Shown piece by piece: positions 1-9,610 of a stretch of DNA of 64,000 nucleotides; the stretch's first letter is position 1, and each line of letters starts with the position of its first letter. The translations under genes were made by a program, and so were the position numbers. Source of the stretch: an uncultured delta proteobacterium. GTDB lineage: Bacteria; Myxococcota_A; Polyangia; Polyangiales; B10-G4. The stretch is taken from the NCBI GenBank assembly GCA_963727445.1, contig CAVSGI010000009.1:832001-896000 (forward strand), in the 5' to 3' direction. The notes beneath the pieces were generated by a model. It did no database searches and was not told where the DNA came from. It saw only the letters and a list, made by a program, of their open reading frames with translations.

Positions 1-1
1 G

Positions 2-922
2 GTCGAGGGAATCAGCCACTGGTTCGGGAGCTTCCAGGCGTTGCGCGACATCTGGTTCGAGGTGCCGCGCGGCGAGATCTTCGGCTTCATCGGTCCGAAC
101 GGTGCTGGCAAGACCACGACGCTGCGGATGATGGCGACGCTGCTCGAGCCCGACGAAGGTCGGGTCCTGGTCGACGGGATCGACGTGGTGGAGCGTCCAG
201 GCGAGGTTCGTCAGGTTCTCGGCTTCATGCCGGACGACTTCGGCGTCTACGAGCGTGTGACGGTGCAGGAGTACCTCGACTTCTTCGCCGCGGCCCACGG
301 CCTCGAGCTCTCGGCGCGCGAGCGCACCGTCGACGCTGTCATGGAGCTCACCGACCTGGGCGATCTCCGGACGCGCCTGGTAGCGCAGATGTCGAAGGGG
401 ATGAAGCAGCGCCTCGCGATCGCGCGGACGCTCCTGCACGACCCCGAGGTGATGATCCTCGACGAGCCCGCCAACGGGCTCGACCCGCGGGCGCGCATCG
501 AGATGCGCGACCTGATCGAGGAGCTCCAGCGCCTCGGCAAGACCATCGTGCTCTCCAGTCACATCCTGACGGAGCTGAGCGACATGTGTACGTCGGTGGC
601 GATCCTCGAGAAGGGTCGGCTGCTGGCGGCTGGGACGGTCGGCGAGATCGGCGAAACGCTGAACCCCGAGCGCGCGGTACGGCTCCGCTTTCTCGAACAC
701 CCCGAGGACGCCGCCGCGGCGTTTCGGGGTCTGGGCTTCGTGGTCGACGTGGAACGCCAGCCCGACGGCGACTATCGGGTGGCGTACCGGGGGGGCGACA
801 AGGAGGTCGCCCAGGTGGTGGCAGCGGCCGTCGGCGCGGGGCTCTCGGTGGTGCGCGTCGAGCCGGACGTCAACGACCTCGAACGCATCTTCCTCGAAGT
901 CACGAAGGGGGAGCTCCAGTGA
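2..922 (+). CDS. ABC transporter ATP-binding protein (5' partial)
   Basis: Walker A GPNGAGKT, signature MSKGMKQR, Walker B ILDEP, H-loop SSHIL; frame is open to the window edge. Confidence 0.93.
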   Translation, partial: VEGISHWFGSFQALRDIWFEVPRGEIFGFIGPNGAGKTTTLRMMATLLEPDEGRVLVDGIDVVERPGEVRQVLGFMPDDFGVYERVTVQEYLDFFAAAHGLELSARERTVDAVMELTDLGDLRTRLVAQMSKGMKQRLAIARTLLHDPEVMILDEPANGLDPRARIEMRDLIEELQRLGKTIVLSSHILTELSDMCTSVAILEKGRLLAAGTVGEIGETLNPERAVRLRFLEHPEDAAAAFRGLGFVVDVERQPDGDYRVAYRGGDKEVAQVVAAAVGAGLSVVRVEPDVNDLERIFLEVTKGELQ

Positions 923-2913
923 GCGACACCGCTTCGGGGTCGGTACAGCCGCCCGCGCCATCGAGCCGCGGTCCCGTCGAGCGTCTGGTCGAGGTTCTGA
1001 CGCGGAAGATCAAGGATCCGAACCCGATCCTGGTCAAAGAGCTCCGCTCCACCTTCCGGACCAACCTCTTCATCCGCTTCCTCTATCTGTCGGTGGGCGC
1101 GATCAGCGTGTTCGTCCTCGGCGGCGGAGCGATGGTGGCGGCGGGCCCGCTCCCGCCGGCGAAGGTCGGTCAGGTGGTCTTCCAGATCTTCTTCGCGATC
1201 ACCCTTCTGGTCCTCGCCCTGGTCGCGCCGGCGTATGCGTCGACCTCCATCACCGGCGAGCGAGAACAGAAGACCTACGAGTCGTTGATCCTGAGCGGCA
1301 TGCCGGCGTGGCGGATCGTCCGCGGCAAGTTCATCGCGGCCTACGCTTCGATGTTCCTCGTGATCGTCGCCCTCGGCCCCGTGGTCGGCATCGCGTTCCT
1401 CTTCGGCGGCATCTCCCCCGGCCAGGTCGTCGTGGGATTCATGGGGATCCTCCTGGTGCTCACGCCCGCGATCGCCCTGGGCGTGGCGGTGAGCGCGCGC
1501 GTCAGCTCCACGCGGATCGCGATCCTCATCGCGACCATCGTCTTCTTCCCCACGGCGGTGATCGTCACCTCGATGATCGGCGTCCTCGGCGAGCCGGCGG
1601 GCAACGAATGGTCACTGGGGATGGAAGGCCCGTTTTGGTGGACCGAGGCGCTCACCGAGCACTTCCTCGACCCGCGCATCCTCGGCCTGTTGGTGGCGCT
1701 GCCGCTGTACTTCTTCCTGATGCCGGTGTGGCTTCTCCTCGGGATCGCGGTCGCCGGGATCCGCCCCCTCGCCGAGGATCGCTCGACGCCCTTCAAGTGG
1801 TGGTCGGTGGTGGCGATGCTGGGCATGATCATCATCATCGCGCTGGTCCCTCTGCTCACCGGCGACGCCAAGGACACGGCGATGATCGCGCAGGGCTTCG
1901 GTTTCGTGGGCGCCTCGCTGTTGCTCTTCATCGCCACCATCTTCATGAACGAGCCGCCGCTGCCGCCGCGCCTCTTCGTGCAGCGCATGAAGGAGAGCAA
2001 GCTCGGCTTCGTCGGTCGTGCCATCGGTCCGGGCGCCGCGCCGACGCTGCGCTTCGCCACGGTGGTGATCCTGGTGAGCGCCTTCGCGATGGCGGCGCTG
2101 CCGGCGGTGGCGCGCCACTTCTACTATCCGGGGTGGACGCACAATGGCGCGGCCGACGTCGGCCTCCTGGTCATGGCGGCCGGCGATGCCGCCGTGTGTT
2201 TCTTCTTCCTCTCCTTCGGCGTCTGGCTCCGCACGGTGCTCCGCAACGGGATCGCGTCGCGGATCCTGGCCGGGGCTGCGCTGGCCACCGCCGTCATCAT
2301 CCCCTTCCTCTTCGCGGTCATCATCGACCCGAACTCGATCGAGAACCTCGACGACGCGGTGCCGTTCTTCATCCAGCTCTCGCCCATCGCACCGACGATC
2401 GTGGGCTTCGACATCACCTCCGGGGACATGGACGCGACGGGCGCGCTCGCGGCGGCGATCCCCATACTCATGTACACCGCCTTCGGCGGTGTCTTCTGGG
2501 TCCTGGTGGAGGTGCGCTGTGCCAAGGTGCAGCGCCTGGACGACGAGCGCCGCAAGAAGCGCGACGAGCTGGCGCGCACCAGTGAACCGACGGTGCCGCT
2601 CTTGACCCGGGCTTCTCGCCCGTCGCTCGCCACCGCCATCGCCAACCGGAGCGAGGAGAAGGCCAAGCCTTTCCCAGAAGGTGCGGGACGGGCCGAGATG
2701 GAAGCCGCCACGTCCAACCCCGCGGCGACAGGGGACGGCCCGAAGGATGAATGGCAGGGCTCGACCGAGGCGTTCGAGCTCCGGCGGGAGAAGAACCCCG
2801 ACTTCTCCGCCGCCGACTCAGACGCGGCCACCGAGGTCGATCAGGTCGACGACGTCGGGGAGGACGAGGTCTCGAACGAGCCGGGCGGGCAGCCCGAGGA
2901 CGCGGACGAGTGA
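919..2913 (+). CDS. ABC-2 type permease, large multi-TM, acidic C-terminal tail
   Basis: GTG overlaps the upstream TGA; NPILVKELR and ITGEREQKTYESL motifs; many hydrophobic segments. Confidence 0.85.
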   Translation: MSDTASGSVQPPAPSSRGPVERLVEVLTRKIKDPNPILVKELRSTFRTNLFIRFLYLSVGAISVFVLGGGAMVAAGPLPPAKVGQVVFQIFFAITLLVLALVAPAYASTSITGEREQKTYESLILSGMPAWRIVRGKFIAAYASMFLVIVALGPVVGIAFLFGGISPGQVVVGFMGILLVLTPAIALGVAVSARVSSTRIAILIATIVFFPTAVIVTSMIGVLGEPAGNEWSLGMEGPFWWTEALTEHFLDPRILGLLVALPLYFFLMPVWLLLGIAVAGIRPLAEDRSTPFKWWSVVAMLGMIIIIALVPLLTGDAKDTAMIAQGFGFVGASLLLFIATIFMNEPPLPPRLFVQRMKESKLGFVGRAIGPGAAPTLRFATVVILVSAFAMAALPAVARHFYYPGWTHNGAADVGLLVMAAGDAAVCFFFLSFGVWLRTVLRNGIASRILAGAALATAVIIPFLFAVIIDPNSIENLDDAVPFFIQLSPIAPTIVGFDITSGDMDATGALAAAIPILMYTAFGGVFWVLVEVRCAKVQRLDDERRKKRDELARTSEPTVPLLTRASRPSLATAIANRSEEKAKPFPEGAGRAEMEAATSNPAATGDGPKDEWQGSTEAFELRREKNPDFSAADSDAATEVDQVDDVGEDEVSNEPGGQPEDADE

Positions 2914-3782
2914 GCGGCGAGCTCCTGCGCCCCGAGTTCATCCGTCGCCTCGCCCGACTTCGGGTGCTCGCGCGGCGCCGCTTCGCGGGGGCGGCCGGAG
3001 GGATGCGGCGATCGACGCGTCGCGGGTCGAGCGCGGAGTTCGCCGACCATCGGCCCTACTATCACGGAGACGACGTACGACGGATCGACTGGAACGCCTA
3101 CGCGCGTCTCGAGGAGCTGGTGCTCAGGCTCTACGTCGCCGAGGAGGACCTCACGGTCTACCTCCTCGTCGATGCGTCGCGTTCGATGTCGGTCGGCGAG
3201 CCGCCGAAGCTGGAGATCGCCAAGCGCATCGCCGCCGCGCTCGGATACGTGGCGCTCACCGGCTCCGAGCGGGTCTCCATCGTTCCGTTCGGGCCGGGCA
3301 TCGGCCGGCCGATGCCGCCGGTGCGCGGCAAGCGGAAGGTCGGAGCGCTCCTGCGTCACCTCGACGCCCTGGGCGCCGACGGCGAGACCGACCTGAGCCG
3401 GGCCGTGGACGAGCTCCTCGCGCGCAGGCCGCGGCCCGGGGTGGTGGCGGTGATCTCCGATCTCCTCGATCCCGGGGGCTATCAGCGCCCTCTCGACCGC
3501 CTGATCTCCGAGCGCTTCGAGCCCGCCATCTTCCACGTCCTCGATCCCGAGGAGCTCGATCCCACGCCCGGCGGTGATCTGGTGTTGGTCGATGCCGAGA
3601 GCGGCTCCCGCGTGGAGGTCTCCCTCGACGCCCGTGCCATCGCCGCCTATCGCGGTCGACTCAGCGCCTTCCTCGAGGGCGCCGAGAGCTGGGCCAAGAG
3701 GCGGGGGGTCTCCTACGCGCGCCTCTCGGGTGAGACCGACTTCGAGGACGCCCTCGTCGACTACCTGCGCCGAGCGGCCTGA
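2910..3782 (+). CDS. DUF58 domain protein (MoxR-associated vWA-like)
   Basis: EFADHRPYYHGDDVRRIDWNAYAR, DASRSM, VISDLL; GTGA overlap. Confidence 0.92.
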   Translation: MSGELLRPEFIRRLARLRVLARRRFAGAAGGMRRSTRRGSSAEFADHRPYYHGDDVRRIDWNAYARLEELVLRLYVAEEDLTVYLLVDASRSMSVGEPPKLEIAKRIAAALGYVALTGSERVSIVPFGPGIGRPMPPVRGKRKVGALLRHLDALGADGETDLSRAVDELLARRPRPGVVAVISDLLDPGGYQRPLDRLISERFEPAIFHVLDPEELDPTPGGDLVLVDAESGSRVEVSLDARAIAAYRGRLSAFLEGAESWAKRRGVSYARLSGETDFEDALVDYLRRAA

Positions 3783-3788
3783 CGCCCG

Positions 3789-5672
3789 ATGGAACTTCTC
3801 GCGCCGGCGCAGCTCCTCTGGCTCGGCCTCGCCGGGCCTCTGATCCTGCTCTACGTCCTGAGGCGACGACGGCAGGAGCGGGAGGTGGGCTCCACGCTCC
3901 TCTGGGACCTCGCGCTTCGCGACATGCGCGCCGAGCGCCCGTGGAAGCGCCTGATCCCGCACGTCTCGCTGCTCCTGCAGCTTCTGGTGCTGATCGCCGG
4001 CGCCATCGCCCTCGCGCGACCGACCGGTGCGGGCGGAGCGGTCGCCGGAGCGCGGACGGCTGTGATCATCGATACGAGCGCTTCGATGGCGGCCGTCGAT
4101 GGCGACGTGCGGCGCCTCGACCGCGCGCGCGACGTCGCGCGATCGCTCGCGCGGGGGATGCCGCCGGGCGGCGACCTGATGTTGATCGAAGCCGCGAAGG
4201 AGCCGGCGGTGATCGCGGCGCCGACCCGCGACGCGACGCAGATCGAGGCCGTGCTCTCCCGCCTCGAGGTTCGAGGTGGGCGAGCGGACCTCGAAGCCGC
4301 CGTCTCGCTCGCCGCCGAGCGCATGCGTGACGCCCCCGCCGGGAGCAAGATCATCTTGCTCACCGACGCGGCGGTAGACGGAGAGATCGCGCTCGACGGA
4401 CGGACGGCGCCGGTGGAGGTGCAGCGGGTCGGCGATGCCGCGAGCAACGACGCCATCGTCGCCGTCGACGTTCGGGCCCGTCCGAGCGAAGAGCACCCCG
4501 ATCGCGCCGACGTCTTCGTGCGCGTGCGGCGCTTCGCCGACACGCCCACCGAGCTCTTCGTGACCGCGCGGGTCGGTGAGCGAACCCTGGGCTCGAGGCG
4601 CCTGTCGCTCGCGGCGAACGCCACCGAGTCGGCGGTGCTGGCCGTGGACCTGCCACCCGACGCCTCCGGCCGCGCGCCGATCGTGGTGGTCGAGCTCGGA
4701 CGCGAGGATGGCTCGCGGGACGCCTTCGCTCTCGACGACGTCGCCGTCGCGCCCTCGCCCGGCGCCCGGAAGATGCCGGTGTTCCTCATCGGTCCGCCCA
4801 TCCCTTCGGTCGAGCGCGTATTCCGAGCAGACCGGGACGCCGAGCTCTTCGCCACCACGCTCGGCGCCCTCGCCGAGCGCGAAGAGGGGTCGGCTCCTCT
4901 CGATGGTCTGCTCGTCTATCTGGGCGACACGCCGGACACCCCGCCGCCCGGCGACAGCCTCGTCGTCGCTCCCACCGGGGCGCAGGTCTTCGAAGCGAGC
5001 CTCGGGGAGGCGGCCGAGTCGCCGCGCATCGTCACCTGGGACGAGGACGACCTGCGCATGCGCTTCGTGCAGATGAGCGACGTGCACCTCGGCGCCATTC
5101 GTCCGATTCACAGCCCGGCCGCGCGCACGCTGTTGTCCACCGATCAGGGCGCCGCCATCGCGTCCATCGAGCGGCCCGACGGCGAGACCACGATCGTGTC
5201 CTTCGATCCCGCACAGAGCGACTGGACGCAGAGCCCCGCCTTCGTCGTCTTCTTCCGAAACGTCCTCGAGCGTGCGCGACGCCGTCGCGCCGAGGGTGGA
5301 GTCCCGGCGGGCGCCGTCGGAGAGTCGCTTCGCGTTCCCGCGGCGACCGGGAGCAGGGTCGAGGTGGAGACGCCTTCGGGTCGCACCCTCGAGGCGACCT
5401 CCCGCGGCGGCGTGGCCGTCGTCGCCGTGCCGCCCGAGGCCGGCGTCTTCGAGGTGAAGACCGAGGGCCGGACGCTCTTCGCCCTGCGCAACCTCCTCGA
5501 TCCCGAGGAGAGCGATCTGTCGCCGCGCGCCCGCTTCACCCGGGGTGACCGCGAAGCGGTGGGGGCGGCGGCGGCGACCGAGCAGGAGGAGTCGTGGCCC
5601 TACTTCGCGGGCGCGCTCCTTCTGCTGCTCCTCTTCGAAGGGCTGTGGGCCACGCGAAAGGCCGCCGCGTGA
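3789..5672 (+). CDS. BatA N-terminal + vWA domain membrane protein
   Basis: N-terminal double TM with PLILLYVLRRRR..STLLW, MIDAS DTSASM, LLTD, C-terminal TM. Confidence 0.85.
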   Translation: MELLAPAQLLWLGLAGPLILLYVLRRRRQEREVGSTLLWDLALRDMRAERPWKRLIPHVSLLLQLLVLIAGAIALARPTGAGGAVAGARTAVIIDTSASMAAVDGDVRRLDRARDVARSLARGMPPGGDLMLIEAAKEPAVIAAPTRDATQIEAVLSRLEVRGGRADLEAAVSLAAERMRDAPAGSKIILLTDAAVDGEIALDGRTAPVEVQRVGDAASNDAIVAVDVRARPSEEHPDRADVFVRVRRFADTPTELFVTARVGERTLGSRRLSLAANATESAVLAVDLPPDASGRAPIVVVELGREDGSRDAFALDDVAVAPSPGARKMPVFLIGPPIPSVERVFRADRDAELFATTLGALAEREEGSAPLDGLLVYLGDTPDTPPPGDSLVVAPTGAQVFEASLGEAAESPRIVTWDEDDLRMRFVQMSDVHLGAIRPIHSPAARTLLSTDQGAAIASIERPDGETTIVSFDPAQSDWTQSPAFVVFFRNVLERARRRRAEGGVPAGAVGESLRVPAATGSRVEVETPSGRTLEATSRGGVAVVAVPPEAGVFEVKTEGRTLFALRNLLDPEESDLSPRARFTRGDREAVGAAAATEQEESWPYFAGALLLLLLFEGLWATRKAAA

Positions 5673-8575
5673 TCCGCTTCGCTGCGCCCTGGCTGCTGCT
5701 CGTCGGCCTGCCCGCCATCGCGCTGCTGGCGCTTCGCCTCCGGCGTCTGCCTTCGGGCCATGCCGGCCGGCGTCGCGTCGCAATTCAGGCGAGCATGCTC
5801 CTGGCCCTCGTCGCCGCCACGCTCGCCCTCGGCGGGATGGAGCTGGGCGCCGAGATCGATCGTCTCGCCGTGGTCTTCGCCCTCGACCGAAGTCGCAGCG
5901 TCGAGCGCTCGGGTCAGGCCGGCGCGACGCGCGCGATGGAGGAGATCCGGGGCGCGGTCGACACGATGGAGACCGACGACAAGGCCGGCCTCGTCGTCTT
6001 CGGTGCCGAGGCCGCGACCGAGGTGGTTCCCTCGCCACATCCGCCCATCGGCACGGCGCGCGCCAGCGTTCCGCGCGACGCGACAAACATCGGCAGCGCG
6101 ATCCGGCGGGCCCTCGCCGACCTGCCCGCCGAGCACGCGGGCCGCATCGTCGTCGTCTCGGACGGCGTCGAGACCGACGGGGACGCCCTCGCCGCGGCCG
6201 CCAGCGCCGCGAGCCGCGGCGTGGTGATCGACGTCGTCCCCATCGAGCGGGAGCCGAGCCCGGAGATCGCCGTCGAGCGCGTGCGCATTCCCGAGACCGC
6301 GAACCCGGGAGAGCCCGTGGAGCTGCGCATCGTCACGCGTTCGACCGAAGCGAGCGACGTGCGGGTGCGGGTCACGCGCAACGGCGAGGTCATCGCCGAG
6401 GCCGAGACCGAGGTGGCCGCCGGCGACGACGTGCTGGTGATGCGCGACGTCGCGCCGGAGGCGGGCGTGCACCGCTACGACGTGCTGGTGGAGCCGGTGG
6501 GCTCGGGCGACGCGTCGCCGGAGAACAACGAGGGCGGCGCCTTTCTGCGCGTCAGCGGCGAGTCACGCGTCCTGGTCCTCGCGGCGGAGCCGGACCAGGC
6601 GACGGCGCTCGCCGACGCCATTCGGCGCGGCGGCAGCGAGGTGGAGGTCTTCGGCCCATCGCGTGTTCCACCCGACCTCGCCACCCTCGCCAGCTACGAC
6701 CTCCTGATCCTCTCGGACCTTCCGTCGCGCGCGCTCAGCGAGGATCAGCTGCAGATGATCCAGAGCTACGTCCGCGACCTCGGCGGAGGCCTCTTGATGC
6801 TCGGAACGCGCGACGCCTTCGGCCTCGGAGGATACGCGTACACGCCGGTGGAGGAGGCCCTGCCGGCGACCTTCGACCTCCGCCAACGTCGCGACCGCGC
6901 CTCGCTGGCGATGATCATCGCCATCGACAACTCGGGCTCGATGGGGATGGAGATCGCGCCCGGGCGATCGAAGCTCGACGTAGCGAACGAGGCCGCGGGG
7001 CGATCGGCGCGCCTGCTCTCGCCCTTCGATCGCGTCGGCGTGATGCACGTCGACACCGAGGTGCACTGGACGCTGAGGATGACTGGCGTCGACGACCCGG
7101 AGCAGGTGGCCGCGGCCATCCGCCGCGCACAGCCGGGCGGCGGCGGGATCGACGTGGACGTCGCCCTGCTGGAGAGCTACCGGACGCTCCGCGCCGAGCA
7201 GACGCAGCTCAAGCACGTCCTGCTCTTCAGCGACGGCGAGGACTCGCAAAACCTCCCGGGCATGCGCCGCGTGGTGCAAGAGGCCATCGACGATCGCATC
7301 ACCACCTCGATCGTCTCGATGGGCAACGGCGTCTACACCCCCGAGCTCGAGGCGCTCTCGCGCATCGGGCAGGGGCGCTTCTACATCGTCGAAAACCTCA
7401 CCGAGCTTCCGCGCATCTTCACCCAGGAGACGATCGAGGCGAGCCGGTCGGCGATCGTCGAGGAGCCCTTCGCCCCCAGCCTCGGAGTCCCAAGCGCCAC
7501 CACGCGCGGCATCGACTTCGGGACGGCACCGGAGCTCGGCGGCTACGTGGTGTTGAACGCACGGCCGGCGGGCTCGGTGCTCCTCGGCGCCAAGGACGAC
7601 GATCCTCTCCTCGTCACCTGGCAGTATGGCATCGGTCGGAGCGCCGTCTTCGCGGCGGACGGTGGAGCGCTCTTCACCCGTTCGTGGCTGGCGTGGCCCG
7701 GCTACGCGGCGCTCTTCGGTCAGCTCGCGCGCGATCTCGCCCGCGCGCCCGAGCGCCGGGACGCGCGGATCGGCGTTCGCCTCGAAGGCGGCGTCGGACG
7801 GGTGGTGGTCGAGGCGGTGGACGCCGACGGCCACTACCGAAACTACCTCGACCTCTCGGCCACCGTGGCCGCGCGCGGCGGCCGTCGTCTGGACGTCGAG
7901 CTCACCCAGAGTGGCGCCGGGCGCTACGAGGGGACCTTCGACGCCAGCACGCCCGGGCCCTACCTGGTCACGGTTCGCGAGGGCGACGAGGGGCTCGTGG
8001 GCAGCGCGGGTCTCGTGCGGCCGACGGGCGACGAGCTGCGCGGCGAAGGCACCGACCACGCGAAGCTCGCGCAGATCGCGGCGCTCACCGGCGGGCAGGT
8101 GCGCACCGACCTGCGCGCGGTTTTCACCGACCGCCCGCCGCGCACCTACGCGTATCGGCCACTGTGGCCGCCGCTCCTGATCCTGGCGATGTGCCTGATG
8201 CTCCTCTCGGTGGCGCTGCGCCGCTTGGTGCTCCCGATGGAGGCGATCCGGCGCGCGATCCCAGCGCCCATCCGTCGTCTCTTTCGCGTGCGTCCGCCGC
8301 GGCGGCCTGCGCCCAGCACGCCCACGGCGACCCTCGACGCCCTCGCGCGCGCGAAAGCCGAAGGCCGCGACGAGCGCGCGCAACGAGCGGAGGTCGCACC
8401 CGAGGTCGCGGCTGCGCGTGCGGCGGATCCGTCCGAGGAGAAGCCTGCGCCTTCTTCCCGCACGGCGACGAAGCCTGCGGAACCCGAAACCGGCGAGACC
8501 ACCGCAGCGCCGGAAAATGCCCAACCCGGCTCACTCGCCGAGACGCTCCTGGCCCGGAAGAAGAAGCGGCGCTGA
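5669..8575 (+). CDS. Double vWA domain membrane protein with glutamine-amidotransferase-like middle region
   Basis: MIDAS DRSRSV and DNSGSM, VSDG/FSDG, GGGLLMLG..FGLGGYAYTPVEEALP, WQYGIGRS; GTGA overlap. Confidence 0.85.
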   Translation: MIRFAAPWLLLVGLPAIALLALRLRRLPSGHAGRRRVAIQASMLLALVAATLALGGMELGAEIDRLAVVFALDRSRSVERSGQAGATRAMEEIRGAVDTMETDDKAGLVVFGAEAATEVVPSPHPPIGTARASVPRDATNIGSAIRRALADLPAEHAGRIVVVSDGVETDGDALAAAASAASRGVVIDVVPIEREPSPEIAVERVRIPETANPGEPVELRIVTRSTEASDVRVRVTRNGEVIAEAETEVAAGDDVLVMRDVAPEAGVHRYDVLVEPVGSGDASPENNEGGAFLRVSGESRVLVLAAEPDQATALADAIRRGGSEVEVFGPSRVPPDLATLASYDLLILSDLPSRALSEDQLQMIQSYVRDLGGGLLMLGTRDAFGLGGYAYTPVEEALPATFDLRQRRDRASLAMIIAIDNSGSMGMEIAPGRSKLDVANEAAGRSARLLSPFDRVGVMHVDTEVHWTLRMTGVDDPEQVAAAIRRAQPGGGGIDVDVALLESYRTLRAEQTQLKHVLLFSDGEDSQNLPGMRRVVQEAIDDRITTSIVSMGNGVYTPELEALSRIGQGRFYIVENLTELPRIFTQETIEASRSAIVEEPFAPSLGVPSATTRGIDFGTAPELGGYVVLNARPAGSVLLGAKDDDPLLVTWQYGIGRSAVFAADGGALFTRSWLAWPGYAALFGQLARDLARAPERRDARIGVRLEGGVGRVVVEAVDADGHYRNYLDLSATVAARGGRRLDVELTQSGAGRYEGTFDASTPGPYLVTVREGDEGLVGSAGLVRPTGDELRGEGTDHAKLAQIAALTGGQVRTDLRAVFTDRPPRTYAYRPLWPPLLILAMCLMLLSVALRRLVLPMEAIRRAIPAPIRRLFRVRPPRRPAPSTPTATLDALARAKAEGRDERAQRAEVAPEVAAARAADPSEEKPAPSSRTATKPAEPETGETTAAPENAQPGSLAETLLARKKKRR

Positions 8576-8609
8576 GGAGAAGACCCGAGCGGTCACACTC
8601 TCCTTCGGT

Positions 8610-9458
8610 TCAGCGAATCCAGAGAGCTCCGGCGCGATGGGGGTACCAGGTACCCGGCGAATAACGCCGGCCGCAGGTCAGGTCGCTGCCGGTGTCGTAG
8701 TTCACCACGAAGCCGGCGTAGTCGTCGCGGCTGACATAGTCCTTGAAGCCGGTCGTACCAGAGCTTCCCCCCGCGGCCGCGGCGCCGTTGGAGAACCCCC
8801 AGACATCGGATTCCGAGGCATCGGCGAGATCCGGCCCGGGGTCGAAGGCGCTGCAGTCGCCGTTGGCCTCCCAATCCACCTCGAAGCGCATCGGTGTGAC
8901 CTCCACGTTGGTCGTCGTCGCGACGCCATCCGGATCCATCACCCCCGCGCTCGTCGCGGGCTGCTCGACCTGCGCCAGCATCGAGACGGTCCAGCCCCGC
9001 GTGAAGATGCGCACGTTGTTTCGGTCGCCGGGCTCGCGCGAGAGGAGCCAGGTCAGCTGAAGGTCCGAGAGCCGGCCGTGCACCAGGGGAGTGAGTGAGC
9101 CGGGGACCACTGGCATGTCCCCATATCCATCCTCTGGCGCGTTGATCGCCAGGGTCCACCCGCCGCCGTCTGTCGTCATGTCGCAGTAGACATCGAGCGC
9201 CTCGCCGCCGAGCTCGATGGTGTAGATACCGTCTGTGGCGCTCGGATCGTCCACGTGGATCGCCTCGCAGCTCGCTCGACTCGGCTCGGGCGCCGGTGAG
9301 ACCGGAGGATCCATCGGATCCATGATCGGCGGAGCTCCTGCGTCGCCGTCGGCGCCGGTCGGCGCTGGCCGGTCCGACGTCGTATCCAAATCCCCGCCCG
9401 CTGCGCAGCCACCCGCCGTGCACAGCGCGACGACCCCAATCGTCCATCGCATCCGCAT
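8610..9458 (-). CDS. Lipoprotein with fibrinogen-like (YCDMTTDGGGWTL) domain
   Basis: AGGAG RBS, signal peptide with AGGC, motif SCEAI..DGIYTI..VYCDMTTDGGGWTL. Confidence 0.8.
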   Translation of the reverse strand: MRMRWTIGVVALCTAGGCAAGGDLDTTSDRPAPTGADGDAGAPPIMDPMDPPVSPAPEPSRASCEAIHVDDPSATDGIYTIELGGEALDVYCDMTTDGGGWTLAINAPEDGYGDMPVVPGSLTPLVHGRLSDLQLTWLLSREPGDRNNVRIFTRGWTVSMLAQVEQPATSAGVMDPDGVATTTNVEVTPMRFEVDWEANGDCSAFDPGPDLADASESDVWGFSNGAAAAGGSSGTTGFKDYVSRDDYAGFVVNYDTGSDLTCGRRYSPGTWYPHRAGALWIR

Positions 9459-9470
9459 GACTCCTTGGAA

Positions 9471-9487
9471 AGCAAGGTGCGGGCCGG
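9471..9487 (-). promoter_or_regulatory. Possible sigma54 (-24/-12) promoter
   Basis: Minus strand CCGGCCCGCACCTTGCT: GG-N10-GC with TTGC, directly upstream of the 9458 start. Confidence 0.35.
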
Positions 9488-9610
9488 CGCGTCGTCGCGG
9501 CAAACGTGCACGAAGGTGCGACGTAAAGGTGTCAGATGGGGACGCGTGACCTGACGATGGGGACCATGGACTGGGGTCGCTCGTGGACGAGCAACGTTTG
9601 CGCGGCGTGC

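Noticed and set aside
2841..8664. Very long alternative ORFs (2841-6086 minus, 5545-8664 plus)
   Set aside because: Arg/Pro/Gly-rich shadow frames of high-GC genes; the recognisable motifs lie in other frames
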